From Candidatus Bathyarchaeota archaeon (lineage in GTDB: Archaea; Thermoproteota; Bathyarchaeia; Bathyarchaeales; Bathycorpusculaceae), in NCBI GenBank assembly GCA_963832745.1, contig CAWHVC010000004.1:128001-192000 (forward strand): a stretch of DNA of 64,000 bases. Reading direction: 5' to 3'. This document shows positions 20,225 through 29,195 of the stretch, piece by piece. How positions within the stretch are numbered: the first letter of the stretch is position 1; each line of letters opens with the position of its first letter. The notes below the pieces were generated by a model. The model had not been told where the DNA came from, did not search any database, and saw nothing but the letters and a program-made list of their open reading frames with translations. The position numbers were made by a program, and so were the translations under genes.

Positions 20225-20503
20225 TTATGCTGGTTCAAGCGTGACGTTAAGTACGAAATCTTCAACGCTTGTTTTTTCGTCTTGCATTAATACCAAAATC
20301 AGTTTAGGGATTAATACGCGTCCGTCTTTGGCCATTTTTACATAGAAAAGCTCTCCGCTGACCCACATGTTGATTGGTTTAACGCTGATTTTTAGCACCT
20401 GATCGGTTTCCAGTTTAAACTGCCACCTAATCAGTTTTGGTACTTGTACACGGTTGCCTTTCTGCAGTTTTGCTTTAAACGTTACTTTTTCTGTTAACGG
20501 CAA
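20225..20503 (-). CDS. Tandem AbrB/SpoVT-like (MraZ-like architecture) small DNA-binding protein
   Basis: Two internal repeats, LQKGNRVQVPKLIR and MAKDGRVLIPKLIL, fit the swapped-hairpin pattern. GGAG lies upstream of the TTG. Confidence 0.75.
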   Translation of the reverse strand: MPLTEKVTFKAKLQKGNRVQVPKLIRWQFKLETDQVLKISVKPINMWVSGELFYVKMAKDGRVLIPKLILVLMQDEKTSVEDFVLNVTLEPA

Positions 20504-20520
20504 ACTTTAGTCTCCGAAAT

Positions 20521-20554
20521 TAACTTTTAATTACTATTATTGATCTTTTTCGAC
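20521..20554 (-). promoter_or_regulatory. Degenerate 10-bp periodic GTCA array (4 units) upstream of the intact AbrB-like gene
   Basis: Plus strand TAAC 20521, TTAC 20531, TGAT 20541, CGAC 20551; each is one mismatch from TGAC. The flank 20552-20608 aligns with 4810-4868. Confidence 0.6.
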
Positions 20555-20758
20555 GCAAACACAAAAGATTTTAAGTTCTGAATCAAAAAATCGGCTCAAA
20601 ACAGATTCTTTCCAAACTGCCTCAAATCGCTGGCAACTAATTGCATTAATATCGCTAAAATAAGAAAACATTTATGCAAAATTTAAATTATTTCCATAAA
20701 ATAAGATATTTATAAAAAATTATTAAAATAAAAAATATTAAATAATAAAAAATCGGGT

Positions 20759-21214
20759 TTAATCTTTTTGAAGATTTTCCAGTTCCTTCACTCTTGTTTC
20801 AATAAAGTCGGCGACTTTTTGTTCACTAAACGCTTTCTCGTCACTTTGAAGTTTCAACTGTTCTTTGATGACATCTAAAAGCTTGTCTATATCCACTGGT
20901 TTTACGATGTACGCATCTGCTTTCTTGTTTAAAGCTTTAATCGCATTATCCATTGAAGGAAAACCCGTTACTATTACTTTTCTTGTTTTTGGAACGCCTT
21001 CTTTTAGTTTTGATAATAACGTTATTCCTTCCATGTCAGGCAATCGAATGTCGATAAGTGCCAAGTTATAGTTTGCCGTTTCAGATTTTTGGATGGCTTC
21101 ATAACCGTTTTGCGCTAAATCTACAATGTATCCTTTATCGCGCAGAATAGCTGCTAAGGTTTCTCTTATGTTTTGGTCATCATCGATTACAAGAATTCTT
21201 GCGGCACTACCCAA
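20759..21214 (-). CDS. Response regulator receiver protein
   Basis: ILVIDDD, LIDIRLPDMEG, VTG, YIVKP. Confidence 0.93.
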   Translation of the reverse strand: MGSAARILVIDDDQNIRETLAAILRDKGYIVDLAQNGYEAIQKSETANYNLALIDIRLPDMEGITLLSKLKEGVPKTRKVIVTGFPSMDNAIKALNKKADAYIVKPVDIDKLLDVIKEQLKLQSDEKAFSEQKVADFIETRVKELENLQKD

Positions 21215-23646
21215 ATGCTTTCACCTCCAACACTTATTCTCGGTTTCAAAGGTACCCTAACGGTAAAAGTTGTTCCTTTGCCCTGCTTGCTTTCAACCAT
21301 AATTTTTCCCTCGTGCGCTTCCACGATTCGCTTGCAAATAGCCAACCCTAAACCCATGCCCTTGGCTTTTGTTGTAAACAGTGGTGTAAACATTTTTTCA
21401 GTATTTTCTTTGGATATACCCGTACCTGAGTCTGTGAAACTAATCTCCATTATTTGTTTGTTGATTTTGCTGGTGATTGTTATTGTTCCTTTTTCCGGCA
21501 TGGCTTCAATGGCGTTATTTAATAGGTTGACAAATACTCTTTCAAGCTGATCTGAGTCGACAACGATTTTTTGGTCTTCCCTAGTTCGGTCCAGAATTAT
21601 TACGTTTTCCGGGATTGAAATATTTGCAAGAGCATTTTGCAGAATGATCTTAGGTGTTGTCTCGATATATTCTAAGTGGATTTCTCTTGAATAATCAAGC
21701 AAATCATTTACTATCTTGTTTGCTTGATTAATTGACTTGTTAATAATTGATATCATCATCTTTCTTTTTTCATCAGTAATGGCGCAGCCTTTGCTTTCAA
21801 GATAGTATGCGGCATTTTTGATGCCTGTCAACGGATTACGAATGTCATGACCAACCATACCTGCAAGTTCTCCGATGGCGGCAAGACGTTCGGATTTAAC
21901 CAGCTTAGCCTGAGTTTCGTTTAACTGTTTGGTTCTCTCTTCAACAAGTGTTTCAAGACCAACCGAGTACTCTGCAAGCTGGTTCTCAAGAACCTTTTTC
22001 TCTGTAATATCAACAGCCATTTCGATAGCGGAGACAATTTTTCCGTTTTCATCAAAAATGGGCGTCACAATAAGTTCTATCCACTTTCGTTTGCCTTCAG
22101 CATTGACCGTTTGAAAAACATGTGAGTCAAAATTTAATCCCTCTTCAAAGACCTTTTTAACTCCACAGTTTTCGCAAACATTCTTTTCTCGCGTGAATGT
22201 TTCAAAACAATGTTTTCCTTCAGGTATGCCAACAATCTTGGTCAAGTACCCGTTTTGCCAAACAATTTCATAGTTTTTATTTATTATTGCTAACCCTACA
22301 CCGACATTTTCCGTAACCGCTTCAAGCTTGTGATGTTCTTGCCTGAGAATATTTTCGATGTTTTTGCTTTCAGTGATGTCATGATTTGTCCCTCTGTAGC
22401 CTTCAAAGCCGTTAGGTCCCAAAATTGGTATGGCGCTTGTTTCAATAAAAACGGTGGAGCCATTTTTGTGGCGTCGCCTGCTAACATAGCCTTTAAATTC
22501 TTTTTTAGCCCAAAACTTTTCAAAGCCATCTTTTTTTAGCCTCTCTCTTTCATCAGGAAGGTAAAACTCGTAAAAAGGTCTTCCAATAACTTCATCAATT
22601 TTATATCCAATAATTTCTTCAACGGCAATGTTAGAATATGTATAATACCCGTTTATGTCAAGTTCCCAAATCCAGTCTCCTGTGCTGTAAGCAATATCGC
22701 TGAAGCGTTTTTCACTTTTCTGAAGTGCTTCTACTGCTTTTTTGCTTCCAATTGCCTTCCCAAGTATGTCTCCGTAAATTTTGAGAAGTGCGATGTTCTC
22801 ATAAGTCCACTTTTCATCTTCCTGAACATTATCAAAAGCCACAAAGCCTTCAAGCTTCTTTGACAGGAATAACGGCAAAACAAGTAAGGATTTGATGTCT
22901 TGCATTAGAAGAAGCCGCTTTTCTGCCTCTGCTCTTTTTAACATTTTGGATGTATCTTCAATGTGAATTATTTCTCCCTTTTGAAGCGTTTTAATCCACC
23001 ATGGAAAATCTGAAAGTGGAAGATTTTGCAAAAGCTCTTTTTGGGACGTTATTCCATCCATGCACCATTCGTGTGTATTACTTATTGTTCTGCTTTCCTC
23101 GTCAGTAAGAAAAACGTATCCTCTGCTAGCGTGATTTAACTTGGCGATTTTTGCAAGTGAATTATTGATAACCTTGTTAAGGTTTGGCTCAACAATTAGC
23201 TGGGTTGATATTGATGCAACAATTTTTTCTAACCTGAACCTGTGTTTTAAAGCCTCTTCTTTCTTTTTTAAATCGGAGATATCTTTTATTGCGAAAACAA
23301 TTCCTGTAGATTTGCTGTTTTCTTTGACAAGTTCAGCTGACACATTTGCCATAAACTCATTGCCTTTCGCTGTCACCATGCAGATTTCAATATTCTCAAG
23401 TACCCCTTTTTCCTTAACTTTTTCTACAAGCTCTAAATATCTGGGGTGTTCTGTAAGACAAGTTAGCCCTGAGCAACTATTATTTTTTTCATTTGAATCT
23501 TTCTCATATAGGCTCAATGCTGCTTGATTGCATTTTATGATTTTTCCTTCTGTATTTGTAAATATCGCGGCAGTTGGAAGAGTTTCAAAGATTGTTTGAA
23601 ATATATTTTCTGCTTTGTGAAACATGTTCTTGGCTGGGGGCATCAA
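21187..23646 (-). CDS. PAS/GAF sensor histidine kinase
   Basis: PAS-GAF-PAS-PAS layout, H-box GHDIRNPL, N-box NLLNNAIEA, DSGTGI, FTTKAKGMGLGL. The start may be ATG 23625. Confidence 0.93.
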   Translation of the reverse strand: MMPPAKNMFHKAENIFQTIFETLPTAAIFTNTEGKIIKCNQAALSLYEKDSNEKNNSCSGLTCLTEHPRYLELVEKVKEKGVLENIEICMVTAKGNEFMANVSAELVKENSKSTGIVFAIKDISDLKKKEEALKHRFRLEKIVASISTQLIVEPNLNKVINNSLAKIAKLNHASRGYVFLTDEESRTISNTHEWCMDGITSQKELLQNLPLSDFPWWIKTLQKGEIIHIEDTSKMLKRAEAEKRLLLMQDIKSLLVLPLFLSKKLEGFVAFDNVQEDEKWTYENIALLKIYGDILGKAIGSKKAVEALQKSEKRFSDIAYSTGDWIWELDINGYYTYSNIAVEEIIGYKIDEVIGRPFYEFYLPDERERLKKDGFEKFWAKKEFKGYVSRRRHKNGSTVFIETSAIPILGPNGFEGYRGTNHDITESKNIENILRQEHHKLEAVTENVGVGLAIINKNYEIVWQNGYLTKIVGIPEGKHCFETFTREKNVCENCGVKKVFEEGLNFDSHVFQTVNAEGKRKWIELIVTPIFDENGKIVSAIEMAVDITEKKVLENQLAEYSVGLETLVEERTKQLNETQAKLVKSERLAAIGELAGMVGHDIRNPLTGIKNAAYYLESKGCAITDEKRKMMISIINKSINQANKIVNDLLDYSREIHLEYIETTPKIILQNALANISIPENVIILDRTREDQKIVVDSDQLERVFVNLLNNAIEAMPEKGTITITSKINKQIMEISFTDSGTGISKENTEKMFTPLFTTKAKGMGLGLAICKRIVEAHEGKIMVESKQGKGTTFTVRVPLKPRISVGGESIWVVPQEFL

Positions 23647-23980
23647 TGAAGAACTCCATTTTTCCTTTAATTCTCATTTTGTTGTATTCGTTTCTCATCA
23701 AATCAATGTATTTTTTAAATGACAAATCTGGAATAATGAATTCAGGTCCCTGCCAGTAACATGTTAATCGGATTTTTGGGTAAAACTTTTTCATTATCAA
23801 TAACTCGATGTATCTTGCTCCTAAACCAAACATTTTATCTAAAGAGTTTGAGAATTCCTCTAATTTTCGAGGGATTTCGTGTCTTTTTATTTTGTAGGTT
23901 GCTTCGAGATGGAAATAGACTGATTTTTTGACGCTTTCCCCTAGTGTATTTAACGCTTCATCGATTGCTTCCAGCAGCAT
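23585..23980 (-). CDS. Small archaeal signalling-associated protein (DUF3227/NitrOD5-like)
   Basis: LLEAIDEAL..LGESVK..VYFHLE...I...EIP..LEEF..L..MFG.GA..IE pattern, directly upstream of the kinase. Confidence 0.6.
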   Translation of the reverse strand: MLLEAIDEALNTLGESVKKSVYFHLEATYKIKRHEIPRKLEEFSNSLDKMFGLGARYIELLIMKKFYPKIRLTCYWQGPEFIIPDLSFKKYIDLMRNEYNKMRIKGKMEFFIDAPSQEHVSQSRKYISNNL

Positions 23981-24240
23981 AAAATCAAATTTTTTTGATT
24001 TGTCATTTGACGTTTGTTTTCTCTCCTTCTCCTTTTAACTGTTGGGCGCTTGGGTTCAATTGAACTTTTTTAGTATAACCGACTGTAGTGTATCATAATA
24101 TATAATAATTATGTAGTGAGGATTAATCAAAAAAATCATTCAACAAAATAAAACAGCCAAAAAATATTCAACAAAAATACAAAAAGCAAGCATAACTTTA
24201 TTTTCCATCTCGCCAACACCTAAATGCGCGCGGAAAAGAC

Positions 24241-24329
24241 AGTTTGGCAAACCAACATAACCATCTCCGACAAGCTAAAAATAAGAGAGAGGGGACGCTT
24301 GCGTTTTGTTGGTAATGGTTTGCCAAACT
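24241..24329. repeat. Perfect 14-bp inverted repeat with a 61-bp spacer
   Basis: agtttggcaaacca (24241-24254) and tggtttgccaaact (24316-24329). Confidence 0.8.
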
Positions 24330-24531
24330 TGGTAATGATTTGTTTGTTATTCTGTTTTCTTAATGCGTTTTTGATTGACATATGCAGTTTTGATTGCACA
24401 AATACGATAACCGAAACCGTCACCAAAAGTCTCACCGTTCGTAATGAAAATGTGAAAATGTACCCTTAAATTACCACAATCCATAAACCTTGCCGCACAA
24501 ACAACATCTAACTTCAAAGCGTTGGGTAAAA

Positions 24532-26115
24532 ATGAGTAAAGCGGCAGATTTGGCTAAAACTTCCACAAAAGCTGGCTTCCATTACTTGTGGGGTCTGGTA
24601 ATCTCAACAATTATCTCGTCAATAGGTACTATATTTATCGCCAATCTGCTAGGTTCAGACGCGTATGGTCTATATGCAATTGCCCTTACTGTACCTAACT
24701 TGATAATGATTTTTCGGGATTGGGGCATTAATTCTGCAATGGTTCGTTACACAGCCCAATATCGAGCAGAAAATCGTACTTCAGAAATAAGAAGCATATT
24801 TATCTCTGGCATAGTTTTCGAATTAGCCTTGGGACTTATTTTAACTTTAATTTCATTTCTTATTTCTGGCTATCTTGCAAGCGATATTTATAGTCGCCCA
24901 GAGATTGCTCCATTAATTCAGATAGCTTCAATTTCAATATTGGCGGGTGGATTAATTAGTGCTGCAACCGCCGCGTTTACAGGAACTGAAGAAACAACTT
25001 ACAATAGTGTTATGTTGATTTGTCAATCAGTCATCAAAACCTTTCTAATAATTGGTCTGGTAATCGCTGGTTTAGGGACTTCAGGTGCAGTTATAGGTTT
25101 AACAACGGCTTCAATTGTTGCCGGTCTTGTAGGATTTGGATTCATTTTGCTCTTATACCATAGAATACCTAAACCCTTTTCTCATAAATTGGAAATAAGA
25201 GAATACACAAAAGAAATGCTCAAGTTCAGCTTACCCATTTCCTTGCTAACTATAGTTGGTGGTTTTCTTGCTCAATTTTACGTAATGCTTCTTCCAATAT
25301 TTTACGCAGATAATTCTATAATAGGGAATTATAGTGTTGCTCTCAACTTTGTTGTCTTAATTAGTTTCTTTTCTTTGCCAATAACAACCATGCTTTTTCC
25401 AGCGTTCTCAAAACTGGACATTAAAAAAGATAAAGAGGCGCTAAAAAATGTCTTTCAATTCTCTGTAAAATATTCTGCGTTAATTGTTGTTCCAGTTGCT
25501 GCTTTAGTGATGTGCTTGTCTGGTCCAGCAGTTGCCACACTTTTCGGAAATTCGTACAGTTCAGCGCCACTTTTTCTTGCATTGCTGTCAATAACTTACC
25601 TATATACAGCAACAGGCAATTTGAGCACCAGCAATATAATAAACAGTCAAGGGCAAACCAAATTAAACCTAAAATTTACGCTACTTACTGCATCGATAGG
25701 TTTTCCAATGGGTTACATTTTAATTATGCACTATGGTGTTCTTGGATTAATCTTCACTACTATAACCGCTCCAGTGCCAAGTTTGATTTTATCATTAATT
25801 TGGGTTAAAAAACACTACGACTTAACTGTTGATTGGGTCTCATCGGTTAAAATTATTGCTTCTTCAGCAATAACTGCTACCTTAACTTACATGCTTATTA
25901 GCTTCATAAGTTTTGCTAGCGTGATCGAATTATTAGTGGGTGCAGTTTTTTATGCGATAGTTTTGATAGCGACTCTTATGTTAACCAAAACGCTTTCTAT
26001 GACTGACTTAAACAGTTTACGTGCAATGACAACTGGGCTTGGACCGATAAGCAAGATAGTAAGCTTTCTACTAAATACAGTTGAGAAAATTATGATTAAA
26101 CTTAAGTTAAATTAA
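24532..26115 (+). CDS. Oligosaccharide flippase (Wzx/MOP superfamily)
   Basis: Polytopic membrane protein; LLGSDAYGLY, DWGINSAMVRY, IGNYSVA, LFPAFSKL. Heads the glycosylation cluster. Confidence 0.88.
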   Translation: MSKAADLAKTSTKAGFHYLWGLVISTIISSIGTIFIANLLGSDAYGLYAIALTVPNLIMIFRDWGINSAMVRYTAQYRAENRTSEIRSIFISGIVFELALGLILTLISFLISGYLASDIYSRPEIAPLIQIASISILAGGLISAATAAFTGTEETTYNSVMLICQSVIKTFLIIGLVIAGLGTSGAVIGLTTASIVAGLVGFGFILLLYHRIPKPFSHKLEIREYTKEMLKFSLPISLLTIVGGFLAQFYVMLLPIFYADNSIIGNYSVALNFVVLISFFSLPITTMLFPAFSKLDIKKDKEALKNVFQFSVKYSALIVVPVAALVMCLSGPAVATLFGNSYSSAPLFLALLSITYLYTATGNLSTSNIINSQGQTKLNLKFTLLTASIGFPMGYILIMHYGVLGLIFTTITAPVPSLILSLIWVKKHYDLTVDWVSSVKIIASSAITATLTYMLISFISFASVIELLVGAVFYAIVLIATLMLTKTLSMTDLNSLRAMTTGLGPISKIVSFLLNTVEKIMIKLKLN

Positions 26116-26280
26116 AATCAAAATTTAAATTTTTCCAGATGAATTTTTCATTTATAAATTTTTTCTGATTTATTTTGTATTTTAATTTGGTTTGCAGTTA
26201 ACTATAAATAAAAAACTAAACAAGCGCTCAATGGGTAGAGCTTATATAGTTTATCTGATAATTCAACGGTACAGAAAAAG

Positions 26281-27042
26281 GTGACCGCCAAGAAAATGAA
26301 TTTACCTTCCGTAGAAGGCAACCTTGATAGCAAATCAGATGTTGGGGTAATTCTTCCAACTTTTTGTGAGGCGGAAAATATTGCTAAACTCATTGATGAA
26401 ATTGAAAGTTTAGATATTAACCTTTCAGTTTTACTGATTGATGATTCAAGTCCTGATAATACAGCTGACCTCGTGCGATCCTTGCAAAGTAAATATGGAA
26501 ACATCATGATTTGTGTTCGACCAAGAAAATCTGGTTTGGGAACCGCAATTACTGATGGCTTCAAAATTTTTCTCTCCCTAAAAAATCCACCAAAATATAT
26601 TATTACTATGGATGCTGATTACTCGCATAGCCCAAAGGATATAATTCGATTAGTTTCCACGGCAAAATCCGCTAACGGGATAGTTATTGGTAGTAGATAC
26701 TGCCCTGGAGGCGGCGCAGTCAACTGGAGCGTTGCGCGGTTGTTGATTAGCAGGGTTGCAAACCTTATGTCATCAGCTTTAATTGCTACAAAAATTCATG
26801 ACTACACAAGCGGTTTCCGTTGCTACTCAACTGACCTCGTCCAGAACATGATCAATGACTTACATAGCGAAACCTACGAGATTCAGGAAGAAACAATCAG
26901 GCAAGCCAGCATCAAGGGTTTTGACGTAAAAGAAGTGCCAATGATTTTTGTTAACCGCAAGAAGGGCAAATCTAAGCTCACAGAAAAAGAGATCAAAGAA
27001 TTTTTGTCTTACACCTTTAACGTTTTAGTTTCAAGGAAGTAA
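26281..27042 (+). CDS. Polyprenol-phosphate glycosyltransferase (DPM1-like GT2)
   Basis: ILPTFCEAENI, IDDSSPDNT, GLGTA, MDADYSH, GSRY, DYTSGFRCY, F.NRKKGKSK. Confidence 0.9.
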   Translation: MTAKKMNLPSVEGNLDSKSDVGVILPTFCEAENIAKLIDEIESLDINLSVLLIDDSSPDNTADLVRSLQSKYGNIMICVRPRKSGLGTAITDGFKIFLSLKNPPKYIITMDADYSHSPKDIIRLVSTAKSANGIVIGSRYCPGGGAVNWSVARLLISRVANLMSSALIATKIHDYTSGFRCYSTDLVQNMINDLHSETYEIQEETIRQASIKGFDVKEVPMIFVNRKKGKSKLTEKEIKEFLSYTFNVLVSRK

Positions 27043-27145
27043 TTGTTAGGTTTTTATGTCATACTTTTCTTTTGTATTTTATAATACTTGTAATGTCTCA
27101 AAAAACTTAAAGGTAAAAAGTAACATACTGGTCGGTTAGATTTTC

Positions 27146-28039
27146 ATGCCTGCCCTTAAAACAGCGATTGGAGTATGCGCTTTTAATGAGGAGCATAACA
27201 TTCGTAGGCTTTTAGAATCTCTTGATGTTGAGCCTTTGCCTACTGATTGCAGAATACTTGTTGTTTGTTCAGGGTGCACTGATGGAACAACCGGTGTTGT
27301 AAGGGACTTCCAATCTCGTGACAAAAGAATTCAGTCAATCGTTGAAGAAACCCGGAGCGGAAAAGCCAACGCATTAAACAAAATCTTCCAGGAAACTAAA
27401 TCTGACGACATCTTGATTTTAGTTAACGCTGATGCCTTACCTGAACCTGGAAGCATAAGCAAATTGATTTCTGCTATTACCTTAAGAGATGATGGCGTCA
27501 TTTTTGCACAACCTGTGCCCTTCGAGAGTTCAGGTTTAAGTTATCGTATTGTTAAAGTGATTTGGCGTTTGCATCACTTGATTTCTCTAAAAAACAGTCC
27601 TAAACTTTCAGGAGAACTCTGCGCTATTCGAACAGCTTGTCTTCAACCAATACCTGAAGAAATCGCAACAGATGAACCATATATTGAGCACATAATCCGT
27701 CAGCAGGGCTATAAAATTGGTTATCTTCCAGAGGCTGTTGTGAGAATTCGTTGTCCAACTAATTTGTCAGATTTGTTAAAACAACGTAAACGCATCTGGA
27801 TTGGTCATATGCAGCTTAAACAGGCTACCGGCTTTGATGTTTCTACTTCAAGCTTTAAAAATATCCTGTACGCGCTTCCTGATCTTTCAGTGAGTGAGGT
27901 GTTTTTTGCCTTTTTAGGCGGCGTTTTAGAAGTTATTGCTTATTCTCAAGCAAAGCTTGCTAAAAACAAGGGGGTTCCTTACATGTGGGAGCCTATAAAG
28001 AGTACAAAGATTTCAATAAGCACACGGGATAAATGTTAA
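27146..28039 (+). CDS. Glycosyltransferase family 2
   Basis: AFNEE, GCTDGT, GKANALN, NAD, QRKRIW. Confidence 0.88.
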   Translation: MPALKTAIGVCAFNEEHNIRRLLESLDVEPLPTDCRILVVCSGCTDGTTGVVRDFQSRDKRIQSIVEETRSGKANALNKIFQETKSDDILILVNADALPEPGSISKLISAITLRDDGVIFAQPVPFESSGLSYRIVKVIWRLHHLISLKNSPKLSGELCAIRTACLQPIPEEIATDEPYIEHIIRQQGYKIGYLPEAVVRIRCPTNLSDLLKQRKRIWIGHMQLKQATGFDVSTSSFKNILYALPDLSVSEVFFAFLGGVLEVIAYSQAKLAKNKGVPYMWEPIKSTKISISTRDKC

Positions 28040-29148
28040 GCTTGAACAGTATGCGGATCATACAGGTTACGCCACGTTATTATCCTACTCTTGGCGGAGT
28101 TGAAGTCTTTGTACAGAAAATCAGTGAATTACTTGCCGCTAAGGGTAACGAAGTAACCGTTTATTCAATCGATAAACGTAACGGCTTGCCAGCCGTTGAA
28201 ACAATAAACGGAGTGACTGTTAAACGTTTCATGCCGATTTTTGGTGACCCATTATACATTCCCGAATCCAAATTTTCCTCAAGCTTACGCAAAGAAAAAG
28301 CAGACATCATTCACGCTCATAATGTTCATACTTTTCCACAGTTAATTGCCGCAATTAACAAGCAGCAAAATCAGCAATTGGTGTTGCAGCCACATTATCA
28401 CCGTTATGGCCAAACCCCTTTTCGGGATTCGCTTTTTAAACTATACCAAAAAGCTTTCTATGGACTGCTGTTTTCAAGAACAAGCTTGATCATTGCCAAT
28501 TCCCCGCATGAAAAGCAGGCTTTGCATGAAGATTTCCCAAACGCAAAAGGTGTGGTTCTGCTGCCTGAAGGATTGGACACCAAAGAAACAAGAACTGTTC
28601 TTTATGCGCCTATCCCTAAAAGGATACTTTTTGTTGGAGTCCTGAAACGTTATAAAAATGTGCATAAACTGCTTGAAGGGTTTGCTTGGTTGGTACGTGA
28701 CGGAAAAACTGATTACCGTTTAGTTATTGTCGGTGATGGTCCTGAACGTTCTGTACTTTATAGTTTGGCAGCTTCTCTTGGACTTGAAGATCTGATTGAG
28801 TGGAAGCAGAGTTTGACGAGGGCAGAATTACTTGACGAGTATGCTAAGGCAAATGTTTTTGTTATGCTTTCACAACTTGAAAGTTTTAGTCGTGTTGTTT
28901 ATGATGCTCTCTTTATCGGCGTTCCAGTTGTAGTTTACAATTTTGGTGCCTTAGGATGCTTGGTTTCTGACGGTTTTGCGGAAGGTGTCCATTCGCTTAC
29001 ACCCCAAGCCATCGCAGACGCATTAATTAGTGCTTCACAGAATAAGCACCGAAAAATATCTTCTAATTCACAGAATTTTCTTGATTGGGAGACATACGTA
29101 CATAGGTTAACCGTTTATTATAACAACTTACTGGCAAAGAATCAGTAG
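28033..29148 (+). CDS. Glycosyltransferase family 4
   Basis: YYPTLGGVE, DIIHAH, ILFVG.L..YKN, IVGDGPER, ESFSRVVYDA. Confidence 0.9.
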   Translation: MLSLNSMRIIQVTPRYYPTLGGVEVFVQKISELLAAKGNEVTVYSIDKRNGLPAVETINGVTVKRFMPIFGDPLYIPESKFSSSLRKEKADIIHAHNVHTFPQLIAAINKQQNQQLVLQPHYHRYGQTPFRDSLFKLYQKAFYGLLFSRTSLIIANSPHEKQALHEDFPNAKGVVLLPEGLDTKETRTVLYAPIPKRILFVGVLKRYKNVHKLLEGFAWLVRDGKTDYRLVIVGDGPERSVLYSLAASLGLEDLIEWKQSLTRAELLDEYAKANVFVMLSQLESFSRVVYDALFIGVPVVVYNFGALGCLVSDGFAEGVHSLTPQAIADALISASQNKHRKISSNSQNFLDWETYVHRLTVYYNNLLAKNQ

Positions 29149-29195
29149 TTATATTTTTAAAGGCTCACTAAATACAACCTATTATTTAAGGTGAC

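Noticed and set aside
24220-24469. Two short overlapping ORFs in the intergenic region before the flippase
   Set aside because: No recognisable motifs or translation signals, and they are mutually antisense; treated as non-coding.
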